This document shows positions 12,531-25,600 of a stretch of 64,000 nucleotides of DNA, piece by piece (the stretch's first letter is position 1; each line of letters opens with the position of its first letter). Both the position numbers and the translations under genes were made by a program. The stretch is from Paraspadella gotoi (lineage: Eukaryota > Animalia > Chaetognatha). The stretch covers positions 8,175,788 through 8,239,787 of the forward strand of contig CM119271.1 of assembly GCA_051294375.1 (NCBI GenBank), written 5' to 3'. A model generated the notes under the pieces. That model had not been told where the DNA came from. It worked only from the letters and a program-made list of their open reading frames with translations, and ran no database searches.

Positions 12531-13901
12531 TAATAGTATTTAATATAAAAGAATAGAATAGATTAGAAACTAGTAAAATAGAATAGAATGTATTACGATA
12601 GAATACAATAAAATAGTAGATTAAAGAGATGAGATAATCAACATAAGAGTGAGAATGAAAAACAAAAAAATGAAATGAAATTAATAGAAATGAAAGAAGT
12701 AACGAAAGAATATTAATGAATCGAAGAATCAAATGAATAAATGAAATAAAAAGAAGTGAAAACCCCGATGCCGACGAACAGTGAGACGACGGTTCCAATT
12801 TCATGACGACGATGGAATCGAGAGATGGAACCGAATGATTGGAATCCAGAATCTGATTTATGTCGACGCCGCGATGTCTGTAATCGTCGTCGTCGTTATC
12901 GTCGTCGTCGTCGTCGTTGCCTTCAATGTCGTCGTCGTACTTAGGAAGGATGGAGTCATTTCTGAGAAAATAAATCCGCTCGAACTGGAGAAAATAAAAA
13001 ATGTGCTAAATCTCTTTCCGTCACTATTTTCCCTGGGAGTTATATGCGTTAATGGATTAAGAGTATAATGGGGAAGATAATAGCATATATTGTACAGTAT
13101 AAAGGATTTATAGTATAATTAAATGAGTTGTGACTTATAGATACTGTGTTTTTGGGGTGTTTTTTTTTGCATTAAAAACTGCCGGTCCCGATGTGAATTT
13201 TTTTTTTTTTTTTCGGTCCATTCTTCTACCCTACGCCACGAACCTGAGTGATGCCGGTGCCCCTGGCTGCAAGTGTTGACCCAACGCCGCTTCGTACCGA
13301 CGCGGCCGCCGCCGCGCCGACGCCGCTGCCGACGCCGCCAGGTTCCGCCCCGCCTCCCTCCATTTCATTTGAACAAAAGACTTTTTTTTCACCCAACATG
13401 GTTTTTCTCTCTCTCTTTTTCTATTTCTTTCGATCTGTCTTTCTGTCTGTCTGTCTCTCTCTTTCTCTTTCTTTCTTTCCCTTCCACAGGCTCAGCGTCA
13501 CTCTTTCAACGCTCGACCTGAGCTTTAACCTTCCCCTCCGAACCTCCGCTCCCACCAGCCCCTCCGTCCCATATACCTTTCACACCCCTTTCCATTTTTT
13601 TTTTTCAAACTTCCATTCTTTAAACACGACAGTGTGTTGGGATCAATTATTTTCTTCGCCGTCGCGCTGCTGGCGTCGGGAGAAGTTTATTTCCTTTCCT
13701 TTTTCCCCCCCCTTTTCTTTTTTTCCCCCTTTCTTTTTAACACTTTCTTCTTTACATTTCATTTCCTATCTTTTTTCTTCAGATTTTTTTTCTTCCTGCC
13801 CTATTTAAAAAAAAAAAAACTTATCTTTCTTTCGCTCTTCGTACACATTTTTTTCCGTTTTTTCTTCCTTTCTGGCTTTTCTACTATTTCTCTGGATGGA
13901 T

Positions 13902-13933
<32 letters not shown>

Positions 13934-16078
13934 GTGCTATACTCTCTCTCTCNNNNNNNNNNNNNNNNNNNNNNNNNNNNNNNNNNNNNNNNNNNNNNNN
14001 NNNNNNNNNNNNNNNNNNNNNNNNNNNNNNNNNNNNNNNNNNNNNNNNNNNNNNNNNNNNNNNNNNNNNNNNNNNNNNNNNNNNNNNNNNNNNNNNNNNN
14101 NNNNNNNNNNNNNNNNNNNNNNNNNNNNNNNNNNNNNNNNNNNNNNNNNNNNNNNNGCTTTGCGACGAGGGAAAGTCGAGAGGATTTAAAAACGTGACTT
14201 TGTGAAAGAGCTGATCACGCGGTCATGTGATTATTCGTCTAAAGTCAATTGTAACGTTGTTATTATTCACAGAACGATNNNNNNNNNNNNNNNNNNNNNN
14301 NNNNNNNNNNNNNNNNNNNNNNNNNNNNNNNNNNNNNNNNNNNNNNNNNNNNNNNNNNNNNNNNNNNNNNNNNNNNNNNNNNNNNNNNNNNNNNNNNNNN
14401 NNNNNNNNNNNNNNNNNNNNNNNNNNNNNNNNNNNNNNNNNNNNNNNNNNNNNNNNNNNNNNNNNNNNNNNNNNNNNNNNNNNNNNNNNNNNNNNNNNNN
14501 NNNNNNNNNNNNNNNNNNNNNNNNNNNNNNNNNNNNNNNNNNNNNNNNNNNNNNNNNNNNACTCTATATTCGTAGTTAGAATTTTATATCAATCCGTTTT
14601 AAATTTCAAACAATATTTGAAAACTTAAAATCCCCTGTTTTCAAAAGAATAATGTATCAATCAATAAGGATTGAGAAAGGCACGGGGCACATGGCACATG
14701 GCACCTGCATCCGATCCATTGAAGATCGAAAAGGTCGAAGCCGGACATTTCCGATCGATTGTCCTCAAAATATCCCAAACGATCGACGGGCTTCGTTCGA
14801 TTCATTGTTTTGGTCGTCGAGTTGCCGNNNNNNNNNNNNNNNNNNNNNNNNNNNNNNNNNNNNNNNNNNNNNNNNNNNNNNNNNNNNNNNNNNNNNNNNN
14901 NNNNNNNNNNNNNNNNNNNNNNNNNNNNNNNNNNNNNNNNNNNNNNNNNNNNNNNNNNNNNNNNNNNNNNNNNNNNNNNNNNNNNNNNNNNNNNNNNNNN
15001 NNNNNNNNNNNNNNNNNNNNNNNNNNNNNNNNNNNNNNNNNNNNACGACGACGACGATGACGATGACGATCCCGAAGAAGATAAAAAGGCCTCGGAATCG
15101 AAAGGGCGAAACACGTGGACAAAGTTTGTCTTCTCCCGTAGCGACGAAGGACGCTCTTCGAAAATAAAAATAAAAAAAAAAAGATATAAACAAATGAAAA
15201 CATTTCGACTTTCGACATCAATTTTTTTTTCTTTTTTCTTCTTTTTTTTGTTTTTTTTGTTTCGTGGATTTTGGAAAAAAATAATACAAGGCTCAAACTT
15301 TGGACTCGTATGTGTCAAGAGTTTTCACATTTTTTTTCCGTTAATTATTTTTTTTTTACTATGTCATCTCGATTCAGTTTGTTATTCGCAGTTTTTTCTT
15401 TCGCTTTTCATCCGTGTCTGATTTGTTTTTTCGTTATATTTTTTTCGTCGTTGTCATCTGTTTTTATTTTGTTGTCTTTTCTAATTAAATCTTCGATATT
15501 ACCTTAAACTATCCTATCAATGGGAACGCTATTTCCTCAAATCGTCTTCGTCACTTGTAACTTTTGACTTTCACCCACTCTTTGTCCGATCGGGTTTACG
15601 TTTTGCCAGTCGTTGCCAGAACCTGCCATTGCCTGCCAGATCTGGCGAGTTAGTTTATCAACATTGCCTCATAAGTTTTCTTGCTCGAAAGAGAAGAGAT
15701 TTCAATTCAATTCTCTCTCGGTCTGACTTTAATTTAAAAAAAGATATTAATCATAATATTTTTAAAAAACATTTTTTTTTAATATCAGAAATCGTGAGGT
15801 CATTTTTTTTCCTTTTTTTTTTTTTTTCGTCGACGGAGAGTTGGAAATTCTGATCCGGGCTAAAGGTTTTTCTCTCTTTTCTTTCCAGGCATATAAAGAA
15901 GGAAGCAATTTCTCGCTCGACTTTCGACCAAAGAAGAAGCAAAAAAAAATACAAACCGCAAAAATCATAACAAACTTTGTTCGTTAAAACAAAACTCGAT
16001 CGAGGAAATAATAAAAAACAACAAAACGTCCAGATTTTTTTCTCTGCGAGGCACGAGTTTGCAGGCCGCTCTCAACCG

Positions 16079-16211
16079 GTAAGTTTAATTCCACGAAAAA
16101 GCGAATCTCGAAATTTCATATTTAAATATGAATAATATATTAGTATTTCTATAAGTACAGTAACCGCCAAAGATAAACTATCTATCCAACATCGACCTAT
16201 TTTTTCTGCAG
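16079..16211 (+). other. Candidate 5' UTR intron of the RING-CH gene
   Basis: CCG|GTAAGT donor at 16079 and polypyrimidine TTTTTTCTGCAG| acceptor ending at 16211, 6 nt before ATG 16218. Confidence 0.4.
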
Positions 16212-16217
16212 TCCGCA

Positions 16218-17612
16218 ATGTTTATANNNNNNNNNNNNNNNNNNNNNNNNNNNNNNNNNNNNNNNNNNNNNNNNNNNNNNNNNNNNNNNNNNNNNNNNNN
16301 NNNNNNNNNNNNNNNNNNNNNNNNNNNNNNNNNNNNNNNNNNNNNNNNNNNNNNNNNNNNNNNNNNNNNNNNNNNNNNNNNNNNNNNNNNNNNNNNNNNN
16401 NNNNNNNNNNNNNNNNNNNNNNNNNNNNNNNNNNNNNCCGACTCACCTTATCCATCGATTTTTCACAGAAAATCCTATTCCACTCATCCCGCGCAATCAT
16501 CGACCTCAAATCAAAGATGGCGACATCGAGTTCCGTGCGAACTACGCCCACTCCTCTGCTTTGGCCATCATCGACCAGGTGACCAGGAGTCGATCACCGT
16601 CGTGACTTCTTCGACGACGTCGCCGACTTCTTCGACCGACGTCCGCCCGAAGACTCGCGAGCGTCGCAGCTACCGCCGCTGCGGCGGCTGCCGCTGCATC
16701 ACCGCTGCGACGAACGAATTTACTTCCCCAAATACCCCCAGCACCGCCCTCCACCCAGCCTCGCCTCAACCCCATCCGGCGTCGCCATTCCCTCTTCTTA
16801 ACGTCGCTTCGACATCCGCCGCCGTCGAGCCGCCGCGGCGTCAATCGGCAGCGGCGGAGTCCCTGCTGCAGCCGACCGCGGCTCCGTCCGGTCGGCCGCT
16901 GTCGTGGCCGGGTTCGGCTCGGGCCAATCGGGCCGACGTTTTCGTTATCAATGTCCCGCCGACTTTAGCCGACAACGGCGGCGAGGCCGACGACGACTGC
17001 GATTCCGATTCTCCCGACGCCGAGATGTGTCGCTACTGTCAAGAATCCAGCTCTGCCGACACTCTAGTCTCTCCCTGCGCCTGCCGCGGCACCAACGGCC
17101 GCGTTCATCTCGAATGCGTTCTGGAATGGATGCGGGTCTCTCGGCGCGAGGCTTGCGAACTCTGCGGATCCAAGTATCATCGAGCTCTGCGTCAGGAGCG
17201 GCGACTGCGGGACTGCGCTGACGCTGGCTCCGACGTGACTATTTACGGCGACGAAGGCAGTTTCTTTGCCTTTTACCGTTGCTTCCCCGACTTTGAGTGG
17301 TTCGTTCGCGAGCGGCTCTGGTGCGGAGCTCGCTGCTCCTGCTGCTCCTGCAGTGGTCAGGCTTTCGTCGGCGCTTTTCTCGTTTGTTTTGCTCTGATAT
17401 CGGTCCTCATCTTCTGGGCTTTGGCCCGGACGCTGCTCGACGCGCGCGCCATCTCCATGCCGGATTATTACAACATCTTCCTCGGCGGTGTCTTGGTCTG
17501 CGACGTCCTAGTTTGGTTCGTCGTCATCGGATGCTGCTGTTGCTACACGATGTCGAGGAACGCGGAGAGGAGGCGTCGTATGCTGAGGGTTGCGAGAGGA
17601 CTTGGGATTTAG
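16218..17612 (+). CDS. Membrane-associated RING-CH (MARCH/RINGv family) E3 ubiquitin ligase
   Basis: C4HC3 motif CRYC-x11-PCACRGT-x3-VHLEC-x3-W-x8-CELC at 17028-17165. Two hydrophobic helices (~17361-17426, ~17472-17531) flanked by Cys clusters, a basic C-tail and a Ser/Pro-rich N-terminus. GC-rich open frame 16440-17612. The frame across the 16227-16437 gap and the true start are unverified. Confidence 0.88.
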   Translation: MFIXXXXXXXXXXXXXXXXXXXXXXXXXXXXXXXXXXXXXXXXXXXXXXXXXXXXXXXXXXXXXXXXXXXXXXXDSPYPSIFHRKSYSTHPAQSSTSNQRWRHRVPCELRPLLCFGHHRPGDQESITVVTSSTTSPTSSTDVRPKTRERRSYRRCGGCRCITAATNEFTSPNTPSTALHPASPQPHPASPFPLLNVASTSAAVEPPRRQSAAAESLLQPTAAPSGRPLSWPGSARANRADVFVINVPPTLADNGGEADDDCDSDSPDAEMCRYCQESSSADTLVSPCACRGTNGRVHLECVLEWMRVSRREACELCGSKYHRALRQERRLRDCADAGSDVTIYGDEGSFFAFYRCFPDFEWFVRERLWCGARCSCCSCSGQAFVGAFLVCFALISVLIFWALARTLLDARAISMPDYYNIFLGGVLVCDVLVWFVVIGCCCCYTMSRNAERRRRMLRVARGLGI

Positions 17613-18068
17613 GAGGATCTCTCTCTCTCTCTCTCTCTCAATATCTTGTTAACTTTTTTGGATATCAGAGTATTTATCTTTATATTTATAAAGATTTACG
17701 AAAAAGAAAATGTTGATTCGTTAATTACTTTTTTCATCCCGACTTATATGTCGTTTCCGATTCTTCAACATCCAGCATTATAATCTAAAGATTTTAGATT
17801 ATTAATATCGTTTCAATTGTTACAACTGTCAAAAAGCTTTCAAAGTTATATAAAAAGATATGTTTATGTAATTGTTTCGTTTAGTTGTTAATTTAATTCA
17901 GATTTATAATTTTCCATGTAACTCGAGAGGAGTTGTAACTTATATGAAATGAATAAAATCTGTTGTTTTTTGGTTTAATCCCAGTGGTATTATTTTTTAT
18001 TTGACGGTAGTGAGCAAGGTTGAGAAACAAGTTGGAACTAAGTATCCACGTAAGCAAACGCAAGATTT

Positions 18069-18668
18069 TTAGCCGGATCTGCTTACAGCAGATCCCGGCT
18101 CTATAATTCACTTTGTCGGTTCGTCGGTCCGCCCCCCCAATCTTGTCGGTCATTCACTTATATCATGTCAGAACATCGAATTATAATAAATTATGCAAAA
18201 AAATGATGTTCGTCCGTCCGTCTGTCTGTCCGTCCGTCCCACCTTAGCAAAAAACACCCATTTGATGGATGGATTGGAATGAAATTTTGTGTGTGGGTAG
18301 GGAAGTGTGTGATTGAGCAGGAAATAAAGTTTCGATGAAATCGTCCAAGTAGAAATGAGTTAAAATGGAAAAAACAAACAATCTATTTCACTATTTGCTT
18401 ATGCTTTTTTTTATATTCAAGGTAAATTCAAGCTGCATTAATTATTTATTAATAAATAACTAATTAATTAATAATTATTTGTAATTAATTTATTAATTAA
18501 TTTTGTGATTGAGATTGTTGTTTTGTGATTGAGAGGCGAGACAAAGTGGAAAACGATTTTGACACAAATAAAAAAAATTAATATTAATTAATTAATTAAT
18601 TAATCTGATCAGCTGCTTACCGCTAATGATCGTGGGCAGATCCGGCATTGTTTGCTCAAGACTTGTTT
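18069..18668 (+). mobile_element. Non-autonomous Helentron/DINE-1-like element (HINE)
   Basis: Inserted in T runs. 5' subTIR GCCGGATCTGC (18072-18082) followed by its partial inverted copy (18088-18100), a (CCGT/CTGT)n microsatellite at ~18210-18240, and a 3' subTIR GCAGATCCGGC (18636-18646) ending CTTGTTTT. Confidence 0.75.
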
Positions 18669-19649
18669 TTTAAAAGCGCGCCCGCATGGTTATGATGATT
18701 ACTGGGTTATTTTACAAATCACCGCATAACAAAGAACAGAAATAAAATCTGTTCCTCTCTCTCTCTCTCTCTCTCCCCCTCTCTCTCTCCCTCTCTCTCT
18801 CTCTCTCCCCCTCTCTCTCTCCCGGCCCGACCGAGTCCATTCCTGTGGCCAACGGGCGAAAAAACCTTCGAAAAGATAACCATAAAAAGTTCCATCGAAT
18901 TAGCATAAAACTCAGCGAGTAAATGGTAATGACCACCGTAACCACGTGTGGCGGATTGTGGGTGGATGGTGGGTGGATGATTTGCGGTGGTGGAGGGGGG
19001 GGGGATCGTCGATGGTTGAAAGAAGGATGAAACTACCCTGTGTCCCTAACGCAAATGAGGCGAAAAAAATCTTGATCATTCCTCGAAGATTTGATTCAAA
19101 TAATAGATAATCATATAATTAGACTTTTAGGGGGGTATTTATTTTTATTTATTTTTTCCTATTGAAAATTGATTTTTTTTTTTCAAAATTAAAAATTCTG
19201 ATTAAAATATATATGAATTCTAATAAAATTACTGAGGAGGGATCATTTTTTAATCAATTTTAGTTTATAAAAAATAAAGTTTGATTCTAATTATACTAAA
19301 AATATAAACGATTTCATGTTTCATTTTCATACTGAGTTATTAAATTGAATCAAAAATTTAAAAAGGTCTATTGAGAAATGATAAGGATATATTTTTTTTT
19401 TTTTTTTTTTTGAGCGTCATTCTGGAGTGAACACCGGGTAGAAGGTAAGAAGGCGGGACGCAGGAAATGAGGTAACCGCGACTTTCGACGACAAAAAGGG
19501 AACGGTAGTAGGAAGCGTTAACCCATTAACTGAGATGGGGGGGCGGTAGAGGGGGAAGGTAAGTGCACGCAGGCGGGTGAGGTCTTTTTATGGAGGCTGC
19601 GGGAATTCGCATGAAAAAAAATACGAAAAGACAACTCCAGGAAGTGGAG

Positions 19650-19680
<31 letters not shown>

Positions 19681-22600
19681 GAAGGAGCAGAGCAGGAGAG
19701 AGAGAAGAAGAAAGAGAGAGAGAGAGAGAGAAGTAGAGAGAGAGGAAATAGGATTTGAAACAGACACCGAAACCGACATGTAATCAGTTTTTCATTCAAT
19801 ATTCTATCGCGCTCCTGACGTAATCGGGCTTCTTCCATCAAATGAGTTAAAATTCTTTCTATGGATTCCAACCCTCGTTTTTAAAATACGCGAAAATTCA
19901 ATTTGCATATTGCAAACCGAAAACGATAAACGATAGCAATCGAGTTGGGGGAAGAATTCAATCTCGAGTAAGTTCGGAGAGGAAGGGCTGAGTGGACGCT
20001 ACTTCATGATCCTCGTAGATAAGTTTGAAGTCGCCCTGAAAAAAAAAAAATAATATAAAGGCGATTCGTTGCCAACTAATTTCAAGCTTGATGCTAATGG
20101 AGATTTAATCAGCTTAAAAAGCTATATCAGTGCATACAGTGTATCGCGTTCCAACGATTGATTTCAGACACGTAGGCGATTTCGTTAAGATGCGGTGCCA
20201 AGAATGCGGCTGAAAAACTTGGAAAGATTATTATGAGTTATGACAAACGAAAACCCACAAAGAGGCTGCGGTCGATTCATTTCGAATGCTCTAAATACGG
20301 AAGATCTCCCTCGAAATAACATTATTTTCAGTCGTGACCCGAAAGTAATTTTCAATGCTCTCTTTTTCTTTCTCTCTTTCTTTCTATCTCTTTCTCTCTC
20401 TCTGCCTCTCTCTATATATCTTTCTCTCTCCCGATCGACTTATATCTATCCAACTATNNNNNNNNNNNNNNNNNNNNNNNNNNNNNNNNNNNNNNNNNNN
20501 NNNNNNNNNNNNNNNNNNNNNNNNNNNNNNNNNNNNNNNNNNNNNNNNNNNNNNNNNNNNNNNNNNNNNNNNNNNNNNNNNNNNNNNNNNNNNNNNNNNN
20601 NNNNNNNNNNNNNNNNNNNNNNNNNNNNNNNNNNNNNNNNNNNNNNNNNCCCCCCCCACAACCAGCGTTCACCCTTTCGTCTCTTCGTCCCGACCGGAAG
20701 CGAAGAAGGGGGCGTGTCCGCGTCTCTCGTCTCCACCTTTTCAACGTCACTCGACGATTGAAATTCCATCGGTTTCCCTTTTTTTTTTCCTTTTTTTACC
20801 TTTTTTTTACCTTTTTTTTCCCCTTTTTACTCTTCCGCCCTCCCTTCTTTATTTTTCTCGCTTCTCTCTGTTTTTCCTATTAATTCTCATTTTTTTTTAG
20901 TCACGACGCGGCTTGCATTGCGACTCTAGAAAACCTTATTTTTTGGTCTGTCGGTCTGTCTGCCGTATAAATATAAATCTAAAGGTATTTTCAGATATTC
21001 AATTAAAGGAGGGGAGGGAAAGGAAGGAGGAAGAGGAAGAGGAGAAGGCAAAGCAATTACCAGAGCCGCGACTTATGGTTCGGTCAAAATCCGGTTCAAT
21101 GCCAATAAATTTGTTTTTCCGCTTTATTATATTTGGTTATTTTTATTATCTCCCACGGATACATTAATTTCTCGTTTTCTAGTATCTCTTGGTTCCTGGT
21201 TTAGCGATTCCTAACTGACAACCAACATCCGTTTCGCCGAAGCCTTTGTTGCCTTTTTGTTGTTGTTGTTGTTGTTTTTACAGGCTGTTGTCGAAGTTCT
21301 AGTCATTCTACAATGGCGTTTCGATGTCAAAAAACTAAACAAAACAAAAAAAGTTTCTTTTTAAATAATAAACAAAACAACGGCTTTTATTATAGCGCTC
21401 CCCGTTTCCATTCCNNNNNNNNNNNNNNNNNNNNNNNNNNNNNNNNNNNNNNNNNNNNNNNNNNNNNNNNNNNNNNNNNNNNNNNNNNNNNNNNNNNNNN
21501 NNNNNNNNNNNNNNNNNNNNNNNNNNNNNNNNNNNNNNNNNNNNNNNNNNNNNNNNNNNNNNNNNNNNNNNNNNNNNNNNNNNNNNNNNNNNNNNNNNNN
21601 NNNNNNNNNNNNNNNNNNNNNNNNNNNNNNNNNNNNNNNNNNNNNNNNNNNNNNNNNNNNNNNNNNNNNNNNNNNNNNNNNNNNNNNNNNNNNNNNNNNN
21701 NNNNNNNNNNNNNNNNNNNNNNNNNNNNNNNNNNNNNNNNNNNNNNNNNNNNNNNNNNNNNNNNNNNNNNNNNNNNNNNNNNNNNNNNNNNNNNNNNNNN
21801 NNNNNNNNNNNNNNNNNNNNNNNNNNNNNNNNNNNNNNNNNNNNNNNNNNNNNNNNNNNNNNNNNNNNNNNNNNNNNNNNNNNNNNNNNNNNNNNNNNNN
21901 NNNNNNNNNNNNNNNNNNNNNNNNNNNNNNNNNNNNNNNNNNNNNNNNCTAAAAAAAAAGGATCGTTATATTCGTTTATATACTATGTGGGGAAAATGGC
22001 AATTTCTTCTTATCCGCGTTTCATTCTTAGTTTATCGGCTATTTGATTGTTTTAGTTTGGTTAAATTACTATTTCTTATTATTAAATTTGAAAAAATACC
22101 CAAAAAAATAAAAGAAAAGGAAAACAAGCAAAATAATTTATATGTAAATTTTACGAACCGGTTTGTAAAATAATTGTATGCTCGTCTATTTCAATGTATA
22201 AAAATATTTTCCATCCGATCATTTCGATCATTTTTTAACGCGAAAAAAATAATTCTACCGTCGAGCGAGAATCTCCGTCCCTATCACGAGAAAGCCTCGT
22301 GGAAATTCGATTAAAGTAAAAATTTAATTTGTATTCTCCAGATATAAAAAACATATTATACGGAGCTATTTAAATTATATTTTTTCTGTTTCTGTANNNN
22401 NNNNNNNNNNNNNNNNNNNNNNNNNNNNNNNNNNNNNNNNNNNNNNNNNNNNNNNNNNNNNNNNNNNNNNNNNNNNNNNNNNNNNNNNNNNNNNNNNNNN
22501 NNNNNNNNNNNNNNNNNNNNNNNNNNNNNNNNNNNNNNNNNNNNNNNNNNNNNNNNNNNNNNNNNNNNNNNNNNNNNNNNNNNNNNNNNNNNNNNNNNNN

Positions 22601-25600
22601 NNNNNNNNNNNNNNNNNNNNNNNNNNNNNNNNNNNNNNNNNNNNNNNNNNNNNNNNNNNNNNNNNNNNNNNNNNNNNNNNNNNNNNNNNNNNNNNNNNNN
22701 NNNNNNNNNNNNNNNNNNNNNNNNNNNNNNNNNNNNNNNNNNNNGAGAAAACGATGCTAGATTATTATTTTTTTCCCTCTCTCTCTCTTTCTCTCTCTGG
22801 TTCCGATGCTATGGTTATGAAAAGCGCGGTTTTGTGTGTAATGATCGAACTCTTTTTTTTTTTTTAAATGAGAGAAACAAAGGAAGCTGTCTATTCCCCC
22901 TCCCTTAGCACCCCCCCATTCCATCCCCCGTTCATTGGATCTCGTCGGTTCATTCATTCGATCTTTACGAGCAAAACGATCGACGGGAAGGACTGGACCG
23001 GGATAACAACAACGACAAAAAGGTTGAGCTTGCTTGGTAGGAAAAGATTATGATTATGGGCTTTCATAATAGTGGCTATCTCCGTTTTATTTTTGCTTTA
23101 TTTCTATATGTTTAATCTATTGGAAGTCTCTCTTAATGTTTTTGGTTCATACCTTTGACTCGCGCCACGATAAGTGATATTTTAAGAATACCGTAATTCT
23201 TACATAGTTAGATGTCATGGAAATGACTGGCGTAAAGAACGGTTGAACTAAAACAAAATTAGAAACCAAAATCTGCCCCCCAGTTGAGCGTTTCTTTTCT
23301 ATGTCGCCAAACTTCATTTTGAAACAAAGGGAGGCTGGGAGCCAGGATCGAAAACGAGGCTCAAACCTCGACTCCGATCCATCGATTTTCACGAAAAAGA
23401 ACGGGACCAAACGAGAAAAAGAATAGCGAGGCGGCCGATGGCGGCTTCCGGGTTTCTCGGCGGAGAGACAAAGGGATTTGGCGATCCCGAGGGAAGGGAA
23501 GAAACAATTACAACGAGAGCCACGGAAAATACGATGGAAATCATGGAATGGGGAAAAACCGGAAACCGGAGAAAGGGGTAAGCGCCGAGGGAAAAGTAAG
23601 GATTTTTGAAAATGGCGACGGTTGGTGGACGAAGGTAAGGGAAGGGTGAGTTAAAAGGCAAGAGAATCCGGAAGTGAGCGAAGGAAATCGGAGAGATGCG
23701 GAGCTGAGATGGTGAAGAAAGAGAGGTAAGTCGGTATTACGTGAGAGAGGTAGTTCGAGAATACGTTAGAGAGAAAGAAAATGAAAATAATTACGAAAAT
23801 GAAAATGATATAACGATGACGTCGTAGTTAGTTGACCGAGAAGATGTATTTTCTAAAATGTCGATAGTAATAATGTAAAGACGAATGAGACCGATTTTTT
23901 TTTTACGTCGGTATCACCGCAACACTCGATAAAAATAAAAAAGATCTCATTAAATTCATTAAACCTCATTGAAACTCATTCAAAGCTTAGTAAGTGGATG
24001 CGACAAAAGAAAATTATACAGAGATATAGACAAATAGAAAGATTACTATAGACATAGAGAGCTATTTTTAAACTTAGAGAAACAACGCAGCAGTAATTTG
24101 CGCCACAAATGAAATTGAAAAGTGGTCGACGTCATCGTCGCCGTTGTCGTCGTCGTCGTCGCTGTCGCCGTCGTTTCCCTGTTCGCCCCTCTAACCGTCT
24201 AGACTCTGGCACTCTCGCCTTCGCCTTCTTCTGGCGTTCGGCCATCTTCGGGATTATTCTGTCGAGAGACAGAGCGAAGGAGGGAGAGAACGACAGTAAG
24301 CCGCGTTGACTGGTTCTGGCCTCTCGCCATCGCTGCCAATTTGCTATGTGTGGGGGTTGACATGATGATCGCGTGCTCTTTGGAATGGAGGACGCGAAGG
24401 GCCGGTTAATCCCGACATCGGAAGAAAGGGCTTGAAAGCGTCATTGTTAGACAGTCTGAAGCCATTGGCCAATTGCAAGGTCAAATACGGCCAGGAGATG
24501 ACAAGATTTGAAGACCCAATTGCAAGACTTGGAGACGGATCAAGATGACATGATTTGGCGCGTTTTTCAGGCTCGGAACAATTTTCTTTCGCGTGCTTCT
24601 TCATCGCTGTTTTCGCCGTTTTGTTCGGTTACCATGGAGACGCTATCGCTCGAGAGGTGGTCGCCACGGGCAGTTGTCATGGCGACCGCGTGGGTGGACG
24701 CGCGAAAGGCGATCGATGGAACTTTGGCCGGAAATGAGGTTCGTGTCTTTTTTTTCCCCTTTCCTTTCCTGACAAACGTGGTGAGGAAAGGTAAGGTGGA
24801 CGTGGGGTTAGAAAGGAGGTGAGGTGGATAAGAGAGGTGCATCGGAGGAGGGCGAGGTGGAGGAAAGTGTGAGGAAAGGTAGGGAAAGTAAAATGAGCCT
24901 GGTTGGTCGAGAACCAATCAGGGCCGAGGTAAGAGAGCTATAGGTAATGAAAAAGCGTCGGTCCTTTTGTTTTGAAATCACGAGAGAAGTGAATAAATTA
25001 ATTAAATATATATATATATATATTAATTATGAGGTATGTTAAAATTTGAAGTCTGTCCACAATCCTAACGCTAGTCTGTGAGATAACCCTCGCCAGAGGA
25101 ATTTTTGCCTTGCCTTGATTTGCCTTGCCTTTGCCTTCTTGCCTGCTGTGCCATTGCGACTTGCCTTGCCGTTAGCCCTTGCCTTGCTTGCCGTTGGCGC
25201 ATTGAGTTGTTGCTGCCTCTGCCTTGCATTGTGCCCTTGCTTCTGCGAAAATCCTTTCGACGGCTTTATATGGTTGTAGGCCACACTGCCTTGGCAATTC
25301 TGTACATTTAAATCGAGGAAAAGGAGTTGAGAAAGTGTCACGTTAACCTTTGGTCGCCTGGGGAGGAGGAGTGAGTTTAAAGGGGCCAAAAGCGATTCGG
25401 CCGCTTTGACACGCTCATAGATGATGGAGGCCTTTGTAATTTGACGAAATATTTGAACAGAAGAGAGTGGTGGAAGTAGAGTGGGGAAAAGAAGAAGGAT
25501 TTGAGGGGAAAGTAAAAGTAAAATAATGAAAAAAAAGGAAAAGTGAGAGGAAGAAAAATTATAGAGAGGGAGAGATCGATGATCGGCCTGATTAGATGCG

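Noticed and set aside
13634-15421. Long ORFs spanning N runs, including a WIGCRCHVPCAPC motif and an acidic D-run
   Set aside because: Length comes from gaps, and the Cys spacing does not fit a PHD or RING domain. Exons are possible but unsupported.
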